This document shows, piece after piece, positions 1 to 8,390 of a stretch of 64,000 nt of DNA. Within the stretch, counting starts at the first letter, position 1; each line of letters opens with the position of its first letter. The position numbers and the translations under genes were made by a program. The notes under the pieces were generated by a model, which had not been told where the DNA came from, did not search any database, and saw only the letters and a program-made list of their open reading frames with translations. The stretch is from the sequence record NC_047880.1, one strand, 5' to 3'.

Positions 1-610
1 CGGCATCGTTCGGGCTTGAAGGTGCGGCCAGATTGGTAACAGTGTTACCGTCTGCATTCAGGTCACCAGTCAGTGTACCGTTAGCAGCATCCAGTTTACC
101 AGCTACATCAGTCGTCAGGTCAGACACATCACCACTGATAGTGGTCAGCTGGGTCTGGATGCCAGAAGTAACACCAGACAGATAGCCGAGTTCAGCAGCA
201 GTGACCGTTGAAGTTTGCAGGGCATTATCAGCACCAGCAATAACAACGCCGTTCTGAGTCAGACCAGTGATTTTGTCTTGCTTGGTACCGACAACGGTTT
301 CTACGTGTTTCTTAGAAACAGCAGCGTTATCAGCAGAAGCAGACTGGTCATCACCAGACAGTTCGAGGTCAGCAGTCATTGCCACGGTACCGTCAGCCAG
401 AATAACTCCGTCTAACGATGCTCCGCCTTCGCCCAGTGCCTTGATTACAGTGCCATCGAAGTATTTGTATTTACCTTCGGTGGTGTTGAACCACAGGCGG
501 CCAGTTTGTGCTGCAACCAAATCACCTACGACCGGATCTGTATCAAGATTTTCCGGACGGAAGTTCTTAATTGCTGCACCTAACATTAAATCAAGATTAC
601 CAGTACGCAT
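1..610 (-). CDS. Tail fibre-like structural protein, 5' part only (runs off the window start)
   Basis: Missing from the ORF track. Manual translation from ATG at 610 (RBS GGAGA) gives MRTGNLDLMLGAAIKNFRPENL...GRLWFNTTEGKYKYFDG...LTGDLNADGNTVTNLAAPSSPNDA with no stop before base 1. The NLAAP..PNDA and GRLWFN motifs are typical of phage fibres. Confidence 0.7.
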   Translation of the reverse strand, partial: MRTGNLDLMLGAAIKNFRPENLDTDPVVGDLVAAQTGRLWFNTTEGKYKYFDGTVIKALGEGGASLDGVILADGTVAMTADLELSGDDQSASADNAAVSKKHVETVVGTKQDKITGLTQNGVVIAGADNALQTSTVTAAELGYLSGVTSGIQTQLTTISGDVSDLTTDVAGKLDAANGTLTGDLNADGNTVTNLAAPSSPNDA

Positions 611-633
611 TGTATTCTCCTAGTGCGCGGGAT

Positions 634-1377
634 TTAGAAAAACTGACTGTCACATTCACCTAAACTACAACGTAGTCTTTGGTATGCAGCAACACGTTCT
701 TCAATGAGATTAATATACTTGTCGTCGATACTGAACTTCGCTCGTAACGGCGCTTCATAGTCATCGAGTAAGTGATGCCTCTTGTACACGTCGGCACGAA
801 GAAGCGGTGTGCTAACCCCAGTACATTCCATAATACTAAGATCAATTTTGTCGGCATAAATGAAAGGCCGCTCCCGTTTACACAGGATATAATCTATCTC
901 ATGTAAATTAAAGAGTGTGAAATTCATATAGCCAATAATGAACTCTGCGATAAGCCTGAACGATTCAGACATATCTTGCCTGAGCTGTTGTGTGAGTATC
1001 TGACCAATCAGCGGAGTTATTTCTTGTCGCAGATCGGTCCAAGTCTCATACAGCGGCACGGGAAAATCTTCAGGATGTGCTTCCATAATAGCAAGCACAT
1101 TACGCTCCATATCAGCGAACGATGTTAGAACGTCAGCAGCGTCAACTTCCGTGACGACACCACTGCCTGTTAGAATGAATCTGCATTCAACGTCTCTTAA
1201 CCACGATTCAGATGCGGATAAGTATTGGAGTAAAATTTCTCTGGCTCCAGCAGTGAAATCATGCCGTTCGGAGTCAAGAACCTCACTGAGCATGAAAGCC
1301 TTTGCCTTGTAGAAATCAATATAACGTTCGGCAGTAAATCGTCGAAACGCTATGTTATTTCTCAAGTAGCCTGTCAT
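634..1377 (-). CDS. Hypothetical protein (247 aa)
   Basis: Long ORF with an ATGA overlap to the upstream gene; no recognisable motif. Confidence 0.75.
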   Translation of the reverse strand: MTGYLRNNIAFRRFTAERYIDFYKAKAFMLSEVLDSERHDFTAGAREILLQYLSASESWLRDVECRFILTGSGVVTEVDAADVLTSFADMERNVLAIMEAHPEDFPVPLYETWTDLRQEITPLIGQILTQQLRQDMSESFRLIAEFIIGYMNFTLFNLHEIDYILCKRERPFIYADKIDLSIMECTGVSTPLLRADVYKRHHLLDDYEAPLRAKFSIDDKYINLIEERVAAYQRLRCSLGECDSQFF

Positions 1378-1889
1378 CGCAACGCCCTCAGATCATTTAC
1401 GCCCGAACCACCAGGTGCATTCGGGGACGTATACAAGGAACTCGACAAGCTGTGCAGTCTGAGACTGAGCGAGCCAAGTTCTTGTCGCAGATCGCTTATA
1501 CCATCGAGCACTTCACGCATTAAGTCGGAAGAGGATTGATGATCACGCGATTGTTGGGAGATGATTCGCTCGAAGCGTTGAATAGCTCTGAGCACTGAAT
1601 TCAAACCCTCTTTCATATCTAAATTATCGACTGGTGCAGACTCGGAAAATGCCTGAACAGCTTTCTTAATCTCTTCCAGTTCAGCAGACACAGTAACTGA
1701 ATCGTACTGGCCTGTTGGGTCTTCGTCTATTTCTGCTAACCTTGCTTTCGCTTGCTCCAGCTCTTCCATCATGGGAATGACTTTCAACCAATAAAAGCCT
1801 CCCCCTAGAATGAGCGCAATAACTGAAAGAGCAGTTGCATACTCGGACGCAAGCAGTTGCCCTAAGATATCCGTCCACATTCTATTCAA
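1374..1889 (-). CDS. Single-pass membrane protein with coiled coil (holin- or spanin-like candidate)
   Basis: Hydrophobic segment ALSVIALILGGGFYWLKVI followed by heptad-like helices. ORF is solid; function is inferred. Confidence 0.6.
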   Translation of the reverse strand: MNRMWTDILGQLLASEYATALSVIALILGGGFYWLKVIPMMEELEQAKARLAEIDEDPTGQYDSVTVSAELEEIKKAVQAFSESAPVDNLDMKEGLNSVLRAIQRFERIISQQSRDHQSSSDLMREVLDGISDLRQELGSLSLRLHSLSSSLYTSPNAPGGSGVNDLRALR

Positions 1890-2170
1890 CCCTTACAGGT
1901 GTTCTCATTAAGTTCGATGATAACCCTCTGAGCACCTGGTTCGTTTACGTCAGTGGTTTTATACGTGTGCGCCATCCGAGGCTTGAACTCTAAGCAGCTT
2001 TGGCCATACCGTCCATCGTTGATGCAGACAGCAGACAAGCAACTAACATCTTCCTTGAGAATAATGTTTTCAGGAGATTGATTGACACTCCTAACAGCGG
2101 TGATTATGAAACTAACCATCGCAAGAGAGATGACAACCAATATAGCGATTCTTATTCGCTTGGCGTTCAT
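1886..2170 (-). CDS. Small N-terminally anchored membrane/periplasmic protein with 4 Cys (94 aa)
   Basis: MNAKRIRIAILVVISLAMVSFIITAV anchor, then a Cys-containing soluble domain. Confidence 0.65.
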   Translation of the reverse strand: MNAKRIRIAILVVISLAMVSFIITAVRSVNQSPENIILKEDVSCLSAVCINDGRYGQSCLEFKPRMAHTYKTTDVNEPGAQRVIIELNENTCKG

Positions 2171-2203
2171 TTCGGTTGTTACCTTAATCTCTTTTGGTGA
2201 TAG

Positions 2204-2210
2204 AAATTAG
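2204..2210 (-). promoter_or_regulatory. CTAATTT candidate late-promoter motif
   Basis: Intergenic, about 34 nt upstream of ATG 2170; same heptamer lies upstream of six other genes. Confidence 0.5.
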
Positions 2211-2233
2211 CGAAGCTTGTGTTTCTACGAGGA

Positions 2234-3259
2234 CTATTTGTCCAACACGCCACCAATCTCCTGAAACATATTCTTGTACACAAGGCTAGCACCCAAGTTA
2301 TCAAGACGTTGAGGTGAGACATACAGGTGCGGAGTAGTGCGTATGTCTGACCACACTTTCTCGTTCGCGTCTATGCCACCAACAGTAGGCACAATGACTA
2401 AGCTCAAGTTAGACTGAGCACGAACAAACCCCACGTCGATATGTCTCTTATTGATTTTAATAATGAGTCGGTTGATTGCGTCCAAACCAACAGGCACATT
2501 ATATTCAGTGTCACTCACCGTATTGATTAGGCTTATGAGGAAACCCTTGGGCTTACTGGAAATATCAAACAGATTGGTCTTGAGTTCAGCCAGCGTGTTA
2601 GCTTGATACTGATCTACATCATGACCAAGTTCTTTCAAACAGGCTCCGAGCGCTCTTGCCGATTCGTTATGTGCTGAGTTATCGTCACGCAAGATATAGA
2701 TAGGCGCATCCGGTTGGTATGTCCGTTTTGCTATCCTGTCGATAAGCTCACAAGAAGGTCTGCCGACTGTAGCAAGACCCTTGTTAACGATAACGAACTT
2801 CGTCTTATACTGTTCATAAACAGATGGCGTCATGTACTTCATGTAATCGTCATCGAGACTCAAAATCAAACGAGGCTTAATGAGTTGAATCACAAGTTGC
2901 ACAGAACGCAACGCTGATTTGTATTCAGTGTCAGACAGCACACGGTTGATTGGAAGATACTGTACGAATACAAATCTTTCATCAACTGAATCCACTACAG
3001 AACGTATCAGCGTACTGCCGATAGTAGGGCCTGCCGAAAATTGAGTGACAATCATCAAACTACCTTCGGCTACCCCATTCGAACTACGAGTTACTGTTGT
3101 ATCTGTGGAAGCAGAGGTAACATCCCACGTTATGCCGGGCCCGTCTCGTTCGGGATCTGCATATACATCAACTGAGCTACACCAGAGACAGGCTCCAAGA
3201 AAGTAAGCAGCAAGATGTTTTCGGGATCTACTTCTGCCGGATTTATTGTCTCCGGACAT
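2234..3259 (-). CDS. Secreted protein resembling a periplasmic (ABC-type) substrate-binding fold
   Basis: Strong RBS AAGGAG 8 nt before ATG 3259; signal-peptide-like RSRSRKHLAAYFLGACLWCSSVDVYA; KPRLILSLDDD resembles the PDxIIxxDD motif of ABC substrate-binding domains. Confidence 0.5.
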   Translation of the reverse strand: MSGDNKSGRSRSRKHLAAYFLGACLWCSSVDVYADPERDGPGITWDVTSASTDTTVTRSSNGVAEGSLMIVTQFSAGPTIGSTLIRSVVDSVDERFVFVQYLPINRVLSDTEYKSALRSVQLVIQLIKPRLILSLDDDYMKYMTPSVYEQYKTKFVIVNKGLATVGRPSCELIDRIAKRTYQPDAPIYILRDDNSAHNESARALGACLKELGHDVDQYQANTLAELKTNLFDISSKPKGFLISLINTVSDTEYNVPVGLDAINRLIIKINKRHIDVGFVRAQSNLSLVIVPTVGGIDANEKVWSDIRTTPHLYVSPQRLDNLGASLVYKNMFQEIGGVLDK

Positions 3260-3957
3260 AAGACTTCTCCTTTCTCGTCTGTGACGAAAGGAATGCCTGC
3301 TCCCTTACCCAGATCGTGGCGCAAGGCCCAAACTGTGTCAGCATTCTCTTGTACGAAAACAAGACCCTTAATCTGCCCTTCGCCACCAGCTTGCTCAAGA
3401 GCCGAGATACGACTATCAAGTAACGGTACGTCTTGTTGCAGAGCACGAATCGCAGTTAAGTTCGAGTTAACGCGGGAGTTCATGTTGTTGAACATCGTGA
3501 AGAACGAGTTGTTCATCGCGGTACGAACACCATCCGTATAGGACTTCGGAGCGAGTTCGTCTGTATCAAAAGCAGTAACACCCGTGCGCACTAAAACCTT
3601 TCCGGTCAAGCGTCCGCCACTAGCACTGATAATCTGAGGAGCAGGCAAATCTGCTTCATCCCAGCGTTGAACAGTATTCATGACAGTAGCGTAATCGGTT
3701 TCTTCTTGCCACGTATTTTTATACGGAGCAGTTGCTGTCTTTGATACGCGACGCAGAACTTTCTTGTACCCTGCAGCGGAGCCATCAGCGATAAGCCAAA
3801 GACCGTTCAGCGGGAATACATGCGTTGTTGGTTCTACAAACGAAAGAATCATAGTCACATCAGGTTTGAGTTGATATGCAATGTCATTCGATGCAGAAAG
3901 TCCCTGCTGCGTAGCAAGAGACACAAGCGTGTCCACGTAGTTAGTCAGTTGGCTCAT
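3130..3957 (-). CDS. Virion structural/fibre-associated protein (275 aa)
   Basis: Long ORF; C-terminal WALRHDLG...N..LLTFLEPVSG.A module is common in phage structural proteins. Confidence 0.7.
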   Translation of the reverse strand: MSQLTNYVDTLVSLATQQGLSASNDIAYQLKPDVTMILSFVEPTTHVFPLNGLWLIADGSAAGYKKVLRRVSKTATAPYKNTWQEETDYATVMNTVQRWDEADLPAPQIISASGGRLTGKVLVRTGVTAFDTDELAPKSYTDGVRTAMNNSFFTMFNNMNSRVNSNLTAIRALQQDVPLLDSRISALEQAGGEGQIKGLVFVQENADTVWALRHDLGKGAGIPFVTDEKGEVLCPETINPAEVDPENILLLTFLEPVSGVAQLMYMQIPNETGPA

Positions 3958-4417
3958 CCGAAACTCCTAGCGTCTTTAGAATAGAAGAACTTTTATCGGA
4001 CAAGGCAATTGCAATCAGTTTAGCTGCGGCCTCGTCCACGGTTAAAGTGCTGATTTTTCCTTTGGTGTTACATACGATTGTCTGAGGAGCAAACGTAGCA
4101 CAAGCCAAAGCAAATAGCAGATGATTGCCGAGGTCACCAGAGATAGATACTTCTACACCCAAGTCAGGCACGTAGATATTCTGGTTTATTTCAGCAACAA
4201 ACTGCGCCAGCACCACCGGGTCATGTTCGGCAGGCGCTGTATCATAATCCTCTGCAAGATCAATCTGACCTGTCAGAGGATAGTATTGGAATGCAGACAT
4301 ATCGCTGAGGATTCTACCGAACAGTTCAGGAGAAACCTCGATGCAATACTTGTCTGTCTTCTCTCGGACTCGACCCAGCAGCTTATTAGATACTGGGTCA
4401 ACGCGAATAAACGGCAT
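3941..4417 (-). CDS. Hypothetical protein in fibre cluster (158 aa), possible fibre assembly chaperone
   Basis: Tightly packed ORF directly downstream of a collagen fibre gene. Confidence 0.65.
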   Translation of the reverse strand: MPFIRVDPVSNKLLGRVREKTDKYCIEVSPELFGRILSDMSAFQYYPLTGQIDLAEDYDTAPAEHDPVVLAQFVAEINQNIYVPDLGVEVSISGDLGNHLLFALACATFAPQTIVCNTKGKISTLTVDEAAAKLIAIALSDKSSSILKTLGVSDEPTD

Positions 4418-4419
4418 AG

Positions 4420-5238
4420 TTAATCACCACTCGCAGTATAGAAGAAGTCCCAGCCAGTAACGTTCGTGCCTGTAGACTTAATCGTGAACCCGCCTAACAA
4501 GGCATTCTCATTGACAGCACTTGTACCATCAAGATTGTAGAGTTGCCAAGTACGAGCTTGGTTGAGGGCTGCATTCAAGAATGTAACCTGAATGCTTAGA
4601 CAACGGTTGAGGAACGGTTGGTTGAAGATAACGTGAATTGTATCTGTTGTTGAAGCGTTAACGATACGACCCATGTTCTCTGTGTAACCAGTGTTCATAT
4701 CACGGTTGCTACCAATCCATGCGTTAGGAATGATAGCGCCAGTGATAGGGTCAAGCGCTTGAGACGTCAGATATTCGTCAATCGCACTATCTCGCCCAGG
4801 AGAACCGGTAGGTCCAGTCGGCCCCGTAGGACCAACAGCACCAGTGTTACCAGTAGCGCCGTTAGGTCCTGTGTTGCCAGTAGGCCCATTACGACCACGA
4901 GGTCCACGAGGCCCCGGACAACCTTCACCGCCATCTACACCGTCACGCCCGTCAGAGCCGGGTAGCCCGCGTAAACCATCTTTACCTTGCTTGCCCTCAC
5001 GACCAGACTTCAACTGATCTGCTGTTGGTAAACCTGTTGTAGATGATTGACTACCGTCTTGCCATACAACTGTGAGAGTACCAGTGACAGGGTCGAACTG
5101 CACACCCTGCGCACCGGGAATCTTATCTGCTTCTTGTGGGTCTATGAAAGCAACCGTAGTAGCAGTCTGTTTGCCCAACACTCTACCAATAGCAGCATCG
5201 CCGCCACTGATTAACTGTGGGCTGATCTTTGTTAACAT
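4420..5238 (-). CDS. Collagen-like fibre protein (272 aa)
   Basis: About 25 Gly-X-Y triplets (GREGKQGKDG...[10 protein letters not shown]) flanked by globular domains. Confidence 0.85.
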   Translation of the reverse strand: MLTKISPQLISGGDAAIGRVLGKQTATTVAFIDPQEADKIPGAQGVQFDPVTGTLTVVWQDGSQSSTTGLPTADQLKSGREGKQGKDGLRGLPGSDGRDGVDGGEGCPGPRGPRGRNGPTGNTGPNGATGNTGAVGPTGPTGPTGSPGRDSAIDEYLTSQALDPITGAIIPNAWIGSNRDMNTGYTENMGRIVNASTTDTIHVIFNQPFLNRCLSIQVTFLNAALNQARTWQLYNLDGTSAVNENALLGGFTIKSTGTNVTGWDFFYTASGD

Positions 5239-5248
5239 GGGCTAACTC

Positions 5249-5452
5249 CTAACCAGTCAGTGTTGTCCAATCTGGCTGACCCGCTTGACCCGCTTCTGGA
5301 TTCTTTACTTTCGTGTTGTTGATAGTCATACGAATCCAACGAACATTTCCAGCTCCGTCATCCCAGCGAATCTTCGTGCCACCGTATGCTAAATTAGCTA
5401 CCCATCTGTCTGTGCTCGGATCTTTGAAAGCTAAACGTGCATAAGCAGGCAT
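5249..5452 (-). CDS. Small fibre-associated protein (67 aa)
   Basis: RBS GAGGAG upstream; fills the gap between larger genes. Confidence 0.75.
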   Translation of the reverse strand: MPAYARLAFKDPSTDRWVANLAYGGTKIRWDDGAGNVRWIRMTINNTKVKNPEAGQAGQPDWTTLTG

Positions 5453-5469
5453 AGGTTACTCCTCTTAAA

Positions 5470-8346
5470 TCATTCTACTTCGCTAGGTTCCCAGCACAGT
5501 ATAGGTCTACGCCACACTTGGAATACGCCGATAGGTGAACCAAGCCCCGAACTGACTTTACAGTCCATTGTAAGTCCGCCTGAGTTGCCACTACGCATTA
5601 AGATGTTCAGGTCTTGCTGCCATGAAGCACGTCCGCAAGAATCAGCTTCAAACAAACCTTCCCACACCATATCAAATGCACCATTCCATGCGTTGAAGTG
5701 ATGCGAAGAATAAGCACCGTCACCAACAGGACAAAGAACCATGTACTGGTAATCTTTGACGCAAGGAATGCCGTAGTTGTTACCACGCGGTATAGCTGTA
5801 CCGTTGTTGTTGAAGATACATTCCCAACCTGTGCGGTCTGCTGAACCTGTTGTAAGGAACAGAGGACGACGAATGATCATCATGATACCATTCTCTGCAC
5901 CATTGTCGTCATTAGTCTCACAGTACGCATTACAACGCAACGAACGGTCTACAGTGAACGTTGTAGAGTTCGAGAAGTCACGGCAGTAGAAGTTTGCACC
6001 CCACTTAGGCAGGTACTCAGTTGGTGGAACAAAGAAATGACGTTCAGCAAGTTCGACAGAACCATAACGGTCATACGCAAACACGATGTATTCGTAGCCT
6101 GCATCAATCGGAATGTTATGCCCTTGAGAACCAACACCATTCCATTTCCAATGCACCTGCCAGTCATTCGAATCGCGCGTAGCTTCTTCCGTGATAAGCT
6201 GATACTTACGTTCGTAGATATGCCAGACTTTACCTTCTTGGGTTGTGTTGATATACAACGAATTAGGGTCATTGATATTTCCGTTATCCGTACCGCAATA
6301 AACTTTATGACTTGCACCAGCAGAGTTATAGATAGTGCCAGACCCGATAGAACCGAACATATCAAAGTTCATCATCAAGTGAGAAGTACACATCTCATTC
6401 TGACCAGCACCATCTGACGTTGTGAGCAGATACTCATTCAGGTCTTTGAACGGATACTTGACCAAGTTCGAGTTAGCTCTGTTCACCACATGCACCCAGT
6501 CATGCGATTGAATCTTAGGCACAGGGAAGCAAGGGTTAGTGACGGACACGACAAAATTCTTCGTCTCATACATAGGCAGTTTCTTGAAGCGGTTATCACG
6601 AATAGTTACCGTGTGCTTCATGCCGTATGTCTTAGCACCATCAATACCACCGAGAACTTTGTAGTAGTCGATGTGAGCGCTCTTAGTGTTATCAAACACA
6701 TTCGAGATGCTCATGGCCAGAGAGTTGTTTCTGTCTGTACCTGTCGTGTATGCAACACCGCCGTTATCGAACGCATAACCAACTGAGTAATAACTATCAG
6801 GGTCACTTGAGTTCGGTCCCCAGTACATCTCGTTGACTGCATTACCTTCACCGAGGCCAGGACTACCGAAGCAATTGTATGCACCGCGATACTGATAGCT
6901 ACCACTTTCGTACACGAGACGACTTGCACCGATACGATACATTGCAGCAGGCAGTCCACCCTGAACACGGTTGATGTTCGCAGTATCATAAGACACAACA
7001 AACACGTAGTAGTCACTGCTAAGGCTGTTAAGGAACTGAGCCATTTGTGCAGCATACGTTGAACCAGGCGCTACGCCTTCCGCAGAAATATGAATGTCAT
7101 ACGAACGACGATCAACAAGTACACGGTCGGACTTACGAATCACATACACGTTGAAACCTCGTGTGTCTGTGTAGTACGTGCCGTTATAAATTGTATAGCC
7201 AGAATCGCCAGTGTCTAAGTGACGTTGATAACCAACAACGTGTGAGAACAAGGTGCTTCGTTGTTGTAGGCTGAGTGCGTTATCGTTCGACCAACTGACA
7301 GACACATCACCAGCAGCCATACGTGCAGCCCAATCATCAGGCTTGTACGGATAAGTTGTTACGTCAAACGATGCGCTGAATCCGCTTCCGATTTCCACAC
7401 AGCACGGGTCACGATAGATGATCGCTGGATCGAGAACGATATCATCAGGGATATCAACTTGACCACAATAGAACTGCAACCACGTTCCTGGCTGACCACC
7501 TAATGAACCCGGCCCTGGAGGTGTTGCAACAGAGAAGTCATAGATAGCACTTAGTCTGTACGTCTGCTGGTTATGCAATGCAGGAATGTTAGTCCATGCT
7601 ACGTGATTACCGAACACATTGATTGAACGGTTACGCGCTGTTTCAGTAGCAGCGATGTATGCAGCACCGTTAGAACGAATACCTAAAGGGCTGTAGATAG
7701 CGTTAAAATTGACGTTACCTTCATACGGACCCTTTTGCAGTACGATTATGCTTGTTCCGTTTCGGTGTGCCTCACGGAGCGCTGTACACATAGCAGCAGG
7801 CAGTGTTTGAGCACCAGCGGACAGTAATAAAACGACACAAGACCATTGCTGAAACGACTTATACGTACCGTCATATCCGTATGCACCAGCGTTAATCTCT
7901 TGCCAGCTATGAGCAACCATATCGAGTGGCATACGCTTCATATAGCTGACGAGCATTCCCCAAGACTCCATACTGTTTTCATCTGAGACAGAGGCTTGGT
8001 CGGACATGACTAGCATTGTGCTGCCAGCAGTCAGGTTAGAGTTGTAACCACGTTCAATCAGGAACTGACGCAGTACACCCATGTTGTTGATGCTTTTGTT
8101 TCTGTACGTGCCCAGCCAACCGTAACTACCATTGACCATAGGACTATCGTCACGAATGAAAGCACCGTTCATATAGACAGAACCGTAACCGCACACGTAA
8201 GCGAGAGAGTGTCCATCTACGACGAAAGAGGTGAAACGAGAACTATCGACTGCCATTGCATCAACAGCAGCAGCAGAGCCATCGCCAGGACTGCCCGAGA
8301 ATACTGGTGTCATGCCTCGCGCATACAAGCAACTTTGTTGCAGCAT
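5470..8346 (-). CDS. Tail fibre / receptor-binding protein with an ILEI (PANDER/GG-lectin)-like domain (958 aa)
   Basis: RGFNVYVI...DRRSYD...AQFLNSLSSDYYVFVVSYD...GAS...YRGAYNCFG matches the ILEI pattern; remainder is beta-rich and aromatic. Confidence 0.65.
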   Translation of the reverse strand: MLQQSCLYARGMTPVFSGSPGDGSAAAVDAMAVDSSRFTSFVVDGHSLAYVCGYGSVYMNGAFIRDDSPMVNGSYGWLGTYRNKSINNMGVLRQFLIERGYNSNLTAGSTMLVMSDQASVSDENSMESWGMLVSYMKRMPLDMVAHSWQEINAGAYGYDGTYKSFQQWSCVVLLLSAGAQTLPAAMCTALREAHRNGTSIIVLQKGPYEGNVNFNAIYSPLGIRSNGAAYIAATETARNRSINVFGNHVAWTNIPALHNQQTYRLSAIYDFSVATPPGPGSLGGQPGTWLQFYCGQVDIPDDIVLDPAIIYRDPCCVEIGSGFSASFDVTTYPYKPDDWAARMAAGDVSVSWSNDNALSLQQRSTLFSHVVGYQRHLDTGDSGYTIYNGTYYTDTRGFNVYVIRKSDRVLVDRRSYDIHISAEGVAPGSTYAAQMAQFLNSLSSDYYVFVVSYDTANINRVQGGLPAAMYRIGASRLVYESGSYQYRGAYNCFGSPGLGEGNAVNEMYWGPNSSDPDSYYSVGYAFDNGGVAYTTGTDRNNSLAMSISNVFDNTKSAHIDYYKVLGGIDGAKTYGMKHTVTIRDNRFKKLPMYETKNFVVSVTNPCFPVPKIQSHDWVHVVNRANSNLVKYPFKDLNEYLLTTSDGAGQNEMCTSHLMMNFDMFGSIGSGTIYNSAGASHKVYCGTDNGNINDPNSLYINTTQEGKVWHIYERKYQLITEEATRDSNDWQVHWKWNGVGSQGHNIPIDAGYEYIVFAYDRYGSVELAERHFFVPPTEYLPKWGANFYCRDFSNSTTFTVDRSLRCNAYCETNDDNGAENGIMMIIRRPLFLTTGSADRTGWECIFNNNGTAIPRGNNYGIPCVKDYQYMVLCPVGDGAYSSHHFNAWNGAFDMVWEGLFEADSCGRASWQQDLNILMRSGNSGGLTMDCKVSSGLGSPIGVFQVWRRPILCWEPSEVE

Positions 8347-8364
8347 GGTATGTCCTTAAGATCG

Positions 8365-8386
8365 AGAAGAGGGGCCGAAGCCCCTT
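8365..8386 (-). terminator. Intrinsic terminator
   Basis: AGGGGC-TTCG-GCCCCT followed by CTTCT, just after the stop at 8391. Confidence 0.7.
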
Positions 8387-8390
8387 TGTT

